Below are positions 35,001-44,000 of a DNA stretch of 44,471 bases, in pieces (positions within the stretch are counted from its first letter, which is position 1; each line of letters begins with the position of its first letter). The DNA is taken from assembly GCA_964501515.1 (NCBI GenBank), contig CAZCSS010000002.1:1-44471 (forward strand), given 5' to 3'. The notes beneath the pieces were generated by a model that had not been told where the DNA came from, did not search any database, and saw only the letters and a program-made list of their open reading frames with translations. Both the position numbers and the translations under genes were made by a program. The stretch is from an uncultured archaeon (GTDB lineage Archaea > Aenigmatarchaeota > Aenigmatarchaeia > QMZP01).

Positions 35001-38000
35001 GGGTGATGTCACTGCAGCCAAAATCATTTATTGTGAATGTCTTTGTTATGTAACCCGGCCAGGAAGAGCATGACTGTATATCAAGAAGCTCCCAGTCAGA
35101 TGCGGGGGTTTTCCTCTTCCACAGGGAGATGTTGAATCCTGCTGTGTCGTCCCTGTCCCTGCACCTGACCTTGAATGTCCATGTCTCTCCCCATCCGCCA
35201 TCGCCTGTGGAGGAATAGACATTGCTGAGCGGCGGGTAGGCGTCGTAGGTTATGTCAGGCCTGTAGCCAAGAACGAATGAATTGTTTCTGGTCTTGTTTA
35301 TTCCAGCATAATAGTCGCTCAGGGCCTCTATTGTTATGTTATACCAGCCGCTTGCCTTTTCAGGAGACATGGTGCTCCAGTTGTGGGAATAGGTTCCGTC
35401 CCCGTTGTCCGCGACGCTGCCGTTTTCCACGTAGTAGGTTGACGTCCCTGCGAGGGTTATCCTAGTGTAGTTTATGGCTGCTGTTCCATCGCCGCATTCA
35501 TCAAACACCGTGTAATTTATTGGAACATTGCTTCCTGTCTCAATCGGATAGGCTTCTCCGTCCGGTGTGTTTATGGTCATGTTCAGGTAGGACCATATCT
35601 CAACCGTGTATTCGCTTGAGTTAAGGTCCTTGAATTCTGTGTTGTTATGTATCCCGATAATCCATTTCTGGATTCCGACACTGTATTCGCATCCGCTGTC
35701 GGGATCAAATGACTTGTTGATGAACCCGCCCGGGGAGTTGGTGAATGTTCCGAATGTTGTTATGTTCCCGTATATGGCATGGTCTTTGGTTACCCAGACT
35801 GTAGCATTGGCTTCCCCTGCTGAAAGGAGCCTGTTATTCTGGTCTACGGAGCGCACCTGGACAGAAAGCGTGTAGGAGTCAGAGCCGTTCCTCCATATGA
35901 AGGCCCCGTCTCCGTCATAAAGCGTTATGTTCATATCGTCCTTTTCCACAGTATAGTTGTAGCCCAGAATTTCATAGCTGTATGAGGTGCCCCCTGGCTT
36001 CGGGCTGTCAGCATTGTCTGTGGCGTTCATCTTGAACTGCCATGTTCCCAGGTCAGTGGACGGATCGTATTCAGTAGGGTCGTTTGGGTATCCCTGCTCC
36101 CAGGCGAAAACAATGGACTGGTCGCAGTCGCCGCCGCATGAGTTGGGGTATATTTCCTCCCAGGAACCCCAGCCGCTTCCGGGGTTCCATTTTCTCTTGT
36201 AGAAAGTGACAGTGACTGAATCCCCGTCCTCATCTGTAACCCGGACCGAATGGTTCCAGCTTTCTGACCACGAGCCGGAGTTTGCCCCGTCATACGAGGA
36301 GTTTATCATGGGCATTGTGAGGACCGGGGTGGTTTCTATGAAGAATGAGTTGTTCTGGGTGTCTGAATAGTAGAGCGTCAGGTTGCCGGGGTTGTAGTAT
36401 GTCTTGTTGACAGTTATCATCAGGTCATAACCCCTTGCCGCCATGCCTGATGTATTGAGCGTGCAGTTGTACCAGCCGTTTCCTTCTTCAATGGTGCCAC
36501 CGCAATAGTAGTAACTCCCGTTCAGCTGGCTTATCATCGTGATGTTGATGTCAGGGATTCCGGTTATGTTGTTCCCGCAGGAGTCATTCACGTAGAATCT
36601 GAATGTGACATTGGTTCCCCTGAGGTACTCCTCTCCGAGGGGGGAGTCCATGTTAATGTTGAGGTCGTCCATGATTATTATGGTGAGGTTTTCAGGTGTG
36701 TTTTCAGGGTCATAGTAGTTGTCGGTTGTTCCTGCAAACCAGAGCTGGGGACCGACTGAATAAGAGCAGTTGGGGTCAAAGAACACATTGGCATAGCCGG
36801 TTGCATTGGTTGCTGTGAGGTTGCCCTGGTCATGGCCGGATTCGTTGAAATAAACCCAGAATGTGACATTCACTCCGGAGGGAAACCAGTTGCCCTGGGA
36901 GGCGTTGTCAGTGTCGTTCACTCTTACTGCAAGAAGTTCCGAGTCTCCTGATATGTTGACCTTGGTGTTGTTCTGTGTTATGAACTCCAGGGTTACGTTT
37001 GAGGGTTCAAGGTGGGGGCCGGAGACGTTGGAGGTGTTGTAGTAATTGGAGGGTTCTCCGTTCTGGATGAAGAATTTGAATACATTGTCTCCTATGTCTT
37101 CTCCTGTGAAGTCGTGGATAGTAACAGAGCATTGCTGGTTGTTTATTCCGTTGGGGTCGTAAAGCGTTTGCATTCCCTTGTAGGTCCAGCCCTGACCGTT
37201 GTATTTGTCTATGTAGAGGGAGCAGTTTATTCTGTCAGAGTCAGGGTCTGTTATGTTCACGGTGTAGGTGTATTCTCTTGTCCAGCCGTCGCTTGCCGGG
37301 GTGACTGACATGTCAGAGTAGGTGGCGTTGAGATTTTCCAGCCAGAACCACTGGGAAAAGAAGGTGTTGTTGTCATTAAGGTAGGTTTTTGAGGCATTGA
37401 TCTGGATTCCCCAGTAGCCTTCCCTCTGGTCAGAGGAGTCCCAGGTGCAGTTGTACCAGCCCTCTCTGGAGCCGGTCTCGTTTATCACCGGCTCGCAGGT
37501 GAGCCAGGATGTGTTCGGGGAGAGGAGCTGTATGGTTATGTAGGTCTGGTTCTGGAGGCCCTCCTGGGCGGGGCAGTCTGTTGTGATGTTGAGGGAGATG
37601 TTGATCTGGTCTGTTACGTTGTATGTGTCCCCCTGGACAGGGGAGTAGAGGTTTAGCTTGAGCTGGCCGATTACATGGAAGGTCTCGTTGCTGGTCATTG
37701 AACCAACAGGATTGTAGCATTTGTCGTATTTTATCCCTGCGGACCATTTCTGCGCCCCGTAAGTGTATTCGCATGTGGCATTAAAGTCCAGGTTGAGGTA
37801 GCCTGTTCCGTTTGTGGTGGTATTTATCTCAGATCCCCACGAGTTTCCGTCTGTGGTCACAAGGAATGTGCCGTTATAGCCTGCCTTGAGGTCTTCATAG
37901 TTTCTGTCAAAATCCTGAACAAGGACGCTGAAGTATGCGGTGTCATCCCCCTCCCTGTTGAGTGACGGGTCCCCTGCTCCTGATTGTATTGTATACCACA

Positions 38001-41000
38001 CAGTGTCTGCTGTCACATCAAACTGCTGGGATGGCTCTGATTCTGAAGAGTAATTGAACGGGTGATCGGTTGCATTAAACTTTATTTCGTTTGTTCCCAC
38101 ATCAGAGCAGGAGAAGTTCACGAAATCAAAATTCATGGTCTTCGGATTGGCCTGGTCATCAGAGCAGGGGTCGCATTCCTTCTGGTCAAGAAGCTCCCAG
38201 TCATCCCATACACCAGGGGAGAGCTCAACCCTTTTCCAGAGATAGACCGTGACTGTGTTATTGTCCAGGTCATAGACATCAATGCTGAAGTTGAAGTTCT
38301 TGCCCCACGGGCCTGAAGGGAACTGCTGAACCTGGGCATTCTGGAGCACTGGCCGCGAGGCTAGATAGAAGGTCTCAGGGAAGGTCACGCTCGCATTCGG
38401 ATAGAATTCCTTTGAGGTGTTTATGGTTATGTTGTACCACTTTCCGTATTCAAATCCCGGAAGTGTGGTGTCACCCACCGTGGCATTGTACCAGCCTGAA
38501 CCATTGCCAGTGCCGTAATATATGTACTCTGATGTATAGGGCATCCCGTCTATATGGGCTACGGTATCTGCTCCCGGAACCAGGCCGCAGTTCTGAGCCA
38601 GGTCTGTGACATTGAATGTGATATTGAATGTGCTTCCCCTCAGTATGCTCTGGTTAACAGGATACCATAATTCAGGCTCGAATTCAGAGGTTATATTCAG
38701 GTAGTAGATGGCCGTGTCGTTTGTCGGTTTGTAATAGTTCTGTCCGGGATCTTCCACAAGTCCGACCCTCCATCTCTGCACGCCCACGCCATACGTGCAG
38801 CTTCCATCGGGGTTGAAATCCAGCTGCAGTCTTCCGAGAGAATCAGTGGTGTCCGGGGTTCCGGCATCCCAGGAATTCTGGTCAGAGGCGTTGGTGGTTA
38901 TCCAGAACATCCCGGGCGCGTTTGTGGCATTCGGATTTGATGGATTGTCTGAATCATAAACCCTGATGATCAGGGTAGTGGAATCCGATCCCACCCTGTT
39001 CACAACAGAATTGTTGCCCTGAACATAATCAAATCCCACATCGTCTCTCTCCACAGTAATGTTCACTACAGGTGTCTCGGAGTATCCGAAATCGTCCATG
39101 GTGGTGTTGAATTTTATGGAGATGTTGTCTCCTATCCTGCTGACACCCCAGACCTTGGACAGATTTATAACAACATCTGTCCCGCTTGTCTGGTTCTGGG
39201 CCTCGAATGTCCAGTCGCCCGAAGGGAGGATTTTCCAGTAAAGTCTGGTTGTTATGGTATCAAGGTCCTCGTCTGTGGCATTCACAGTGAAGTAAAAGGT
39301 CTCGCTCCATCCGCCGACCTTGGGAGTGGCGTTCGCATCCTCCAGAATCGGGTTGGTCTCAACCCAGAAGGAAGTCTCGTCAAGGACGAATATTTTTGTG
39401 ACAGAATCATTGTTGTAGTTTGGCCTGGTGCTGTTCATGGTGAAGTTGTATGCCCTGGTTTCCCAGCCTGTTGTGTTCAGGGAGCAGTTGTAGTACCCGT
39501 TGCTCTCATTTGTAACATTGTCCCCGGTGCAGTAATACTTCCCTCCGCTCTCGCTCGTGAATGTGAAACTCACAACAGAGTCATTTATCGAATATCCGCA
39601 CCAGGAAGAAACATTCGCCCTTATGGTGAGGTTCTTCTCCCTGAGGATTTTGGTCCCGTTCGGGATCTCAATCTGATTTACCAAATCGCCTTGGATGAAG
39701 ATGGTGTAGTTTTCCAGCGTCCTGTTGATTTCATACCGGTCGTCAGTGGTCTCTGCATACCAGAGCTGTTCTGCCACAGAGTAATCGCAGTCCGGATTGA
39801 AGAAGAAATTCGAATGCCCCGAGCCGTTCGTGTAGACAAGTGTTCCGTTATCAAAGTTGGAGTCATTGTATGTGACGTAAAATGTCACATTCATGCCGCT
39901 CGGATATTCGTTTTTGTCTGTGTCATATATTCTCACCACAAGCGTAGTGTTCTGGTCATAACTTCTGTTGACATGCGCCTCCTGGCCTCCTGTGTAGTTC
40001 CCGTAATTGAATGTTATGGAGACATTGTCCTCCTCAAGATAAGGTCCGGTGAAGTTGCTCGTCCAGTATGTATTGAAGGTGTCATTTATCCTGAACGTGT
40101 AGTTAGTATAACCCATCTCACCTGGCGTGAAATCTGAAACCTGAACTGAGCAGTTTCCCCCGCCGTCATATACAACATCATATCCTCTTTCCACAAAACC
40201 CAGGGACGTGTTGGTGTAAAGCGTGCATGTGACATTGTCCCAGTCAGGATCATCTATTGTTATGTTGTATGTGTACGTGGCACCCCAGCCGTCCCTTGAA
40301 GGGGTGACGTTCTCATTTGATGAGAGGGGATCTCTGTTCTCAAGCCAGAACCTGTAAGGCCAGGATGTGGTGTTCCCGTTGTAGAAGACCTTTGTGGCTG
40401 TTATATTTATTGACCAGTTGCCTTCGGGCTGCCATGAAGAATTCCATGTGCAGTTGTAATCACCGTCGCCCTCGTCGTGCGGTCCCCCGTAGGAGCATCC
40501 TGAGGTGTTTCCACCCAAGTAAAGGACGAGGTTGTTGTTCACTCCTGATATGTTGCCCTCCTCAGCATAGCAGTCGCTGTAAACCGTCCAGTTGATGAGC
40601 ACATCATCCGTGACGTTGAAGCTTGACTGATCAGGGGGCTGGTCAAGGGAAAGCTTGAGCTGGCCGATTACACTAAAGCCCTGTGTGGTGGAGTTCTCAT
40701 CATCATAACACTGGTCATCAATCACACCTGCCTTCCAGTAGAGGTTGTCCGCAGAATAGTTGCAGTCGGGGTTGAAGGTATAGTTCAGATACCCGCTGGA
40801 GTTAGTGACCCTTCTCGTGCCGTTGTCCTCATCACCAATGGTGTTGAGACTGATCCATACTGACCCGTTCACGCCCCCTGGAACAGGCTCGCCTTTGTCA
40901 ATATCATTAACCTGCACCACAAACAAATCAGTATCTCCGCCCTCTCTGTTGACCTCTGTGCTTTGGGTGTAAAAGTTCGTGAAGGATACGTTGTCCTTCT

Positions 41001-44000
41001 GCAGAGTGAATGTAACTTCCTGGGTATCGTTTGTGTATCCGAAACTGTCATTGGCAGTGAAGTAGAAATAACCCACACCATTGAGATAATCCTGGCATGT
41101 GAATATATGATAGAATGTTGTGTTCTCCCATGAGCATCCGCTAACATAATTGGAATCTATGTATGTCCAAGGCCCTCCTGACTGATTGGATACCCAGAGG
41201 GAAATGTTGACAGTGTCTGCCCCCATGTCTTGGTCGCAGTACTCAACCTTGAAAGTGAAATTATACCCCCAGCCCTCAAGATTCGTATCTATAGTGGGTT
41301 CTCTTAGCTGCGGCTTCACAACCAGCCTGAGCGCGTCATCTTCCTGGTCAAAGCCCGGGGAGTAGGAGTAGTTGCTTGAGTTCACAGTGATGTAGTGGAG
41401 CCCTATGCTGCCCTCCCCGCTGGCCCATGTGGCATTGTAGGTTCCGTTCTTCCAGTCATAGACGCTTCCAGGATTCCATGTACCTGATATGCGGAAGGCA
41501 ACCGAGATGTTTGCAACAGGGCCGCAGTCATCCTCAACCTCACCCCATATTGGGACATTGGTTCCGCGCAGGAAAGGCACTGTCCCTGTGGGATAGGTTA
41601 TGTTGTTTGCAAGACTGCCATTGATTGTAAGGTTATATTCTGTTGAATTTACATTGTAATAACATATCGGGTTGTCACTGCTGAAATCGAGCCCCACCTT
41701 CCATAACTGATCGCCCACATAATATTTTGGTGAAGAACACCCGGGGTTGAAGTCGTAGGTAAATGCAGAGGAGGAGTTTGTGGTATTGAAATATCCGTCA
41801 CTCCATTTGCTCCCGTCAGTAGTCACGTACAAATAGCCGTTCTTTCCTCCAAGACCCACTGTTCCTCCGGTATAGTTGTCATAGGCCTGAACCGTCAAAC
41901 TCGTGGCATTGCTTCCGATCCTGCTCACATTCACATTGTTCCCTGTGAGAACAGAGAACGTAACATTTCTTCTCAGGACTTCTATCTGATCATCCCCGCC
42001 AGTGGTGTCATTTCCTCCGTAGTTATCAGAGATGTTTATCAGATAATACCATGTTCCGTTGGGGTTGGTGTCTTGGCAGGAGGTGTGGATTGTGGTAAGA
42101 AGAACCTGCTGGTTTATGCAGTCTGTGCAGGTATCCTGATCAGAAAGAATCCAGCTCCCCGGCGAGCCCTTGGATTCCCAGAGATAGATTGTTACGGTGT
42201 CATCATCGTCCGTTATATTAACCGTGAAATTGAATCTGGACTTTTCAGGATTATCCCCCCACGGCAGGGATGTGGGACTTACTCCGTAATAGTCTATTAC
42301 AGGCGCAATTTCGTGGAAGAACATGTCAGGATAGATTACGCTGTGAGGGTTGTAGTAAACCCTTGAGGCGTTCATGTAAACCGAGTAGTTTCCGCCCGGG
42401 TTGCCTGTGACATCCCATGAGCAGTTGTAATATCCACTGCTCTCATTATTCACAGGGACGCACTGCTCTGTAAAGGAGTCGTGCTGAACAGTATAGTTCA
42501 CATTGGTATCATTTATGAGAACACTGCACTCATCGCTCACATTCCCCCTTATGGAGACATTCTCATTGTCATAGCACACCCAGCCGGCCGGGCAGCTCAC
42601 GTTGGAGATATTCAGGACCATGTCTCCGTATATGGTCATTGTAAAACTGGATGTTGTGTTTTTGTCTTCATAGCAGAGGTTGTCATATGTTCCTGCTTTC
42701 CAGCTTCTTTCGCCCGGGGAATACATACAATCAGGATTCACTATGAAGAGGCCGTATCCTGAAGCATTGGTCACATTGCTCCATCCATTGTCGTAATTTG
42801 TTCCGTTATAAGTCAGCCAGAGCGTGACATTGTTGTCCTGGCTGATATAGGTCAGGTTGTCGTCATCATACACCCTGATTATCATGTACGGGGAACTCCA
42901 CTGGTCTCCTGACCTGTTCACTGTTACGCCTGAACCTCCCTGAATGACAGAGATTGTGACATTGTCCTTCTCCACAAGGAAGGACTTAGCTGTTGTGGTT
43001 GCTGAACCCCCTGCACCATCAGAGGCATTGAACCTAAACCATCTTGTCTTATTGGCATCAGCGCATGTATGATAAACAGAAACATTAATGAAGAGCGGGT
43101 TGGCGCAATACTTGCATTCGCTTGTGTTCAGAAGAGTCCAGGGTCCTGAAGAAGAATTGCCTTCCCAAAGCCAGACAGTGACGTTGTCGTTGTCGACATC
43201 CTCCACTTTTACAGTGAAATTGGTAAGGGCGCCCCACCCTTCAGGGAAGACCTGGTCATGGGAGAGGAGAGGATTGTTGTTCTCATATGACTTGAGGAAG
43301 AACACATCCTCTCTTAAGGTGGAATTGGGGTTATAATACGGAGGGTTCTCTGCATAAACCTTGATGTCATAATAACCAGTCGGGTCCTGTTTGGTGGTGT
43401 TCCATTGACATGTATAGTTCCCGGGGTTCTGCTCTTCCAGAGGAGACGGTCCGCAGGTGTAATTCACGCTTTCATTGAATATCAGGGTTACATTAACATC
43501 TGCCCCGCTTATCATATTTCCGCACTCATCCGTGAGGTTCACATAGACGGTTATGTTTTCCTCCTGATGGTAGGAGGTGTTGTCTGTCCAGGGATAAGGC
43601 TCCAAGAACCCGATAATCGTGACATTATACACTCCTGATTGGCCGAACTTGTAACAGGCCTCGCTCTCATCTGTGTATCCTGTCCAGTTCTGCAGGCCGA
43701 CCTCATATTCACAGCCCGGTGAGAACTCATAAGTTGCATAACCGCTGCTGTTTGTGAGATTGTAGCCGTCTTTTGTATAGTTTGAGCCCGAACCGTTTAT
43801 GGTGATGTTGAAGGCCACCTTCATGGCCGGGTTGTAGGCCTCCTGCTGCCTGTCAGTGTCATTTACAAACAGCGTGAGAATCGCGGTTCCGGATGTCCTG
43901 TTGACCTGGGAGCCGTTGCCTGCTGCATAATGAATTTCTATGTCCTGCTTTTCCATAATAAAGGTGTTGTCATTGTCCGCATAATCCCCGTTCACAACAG

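Noticed and set aside
33585-37308. Pairs of identical small ORFs (33585..33776 = 36678..36869; 33919..34215 = 37012..37308) that could look like a duplicated small-gene cassette or an IS end.
   Set aside because: They are out-of-frame or antisense by-products of the 1,027-bp in-frame duplication inside the giant gene. There are no transposase, terminal inverted repeats or target-site duplications.
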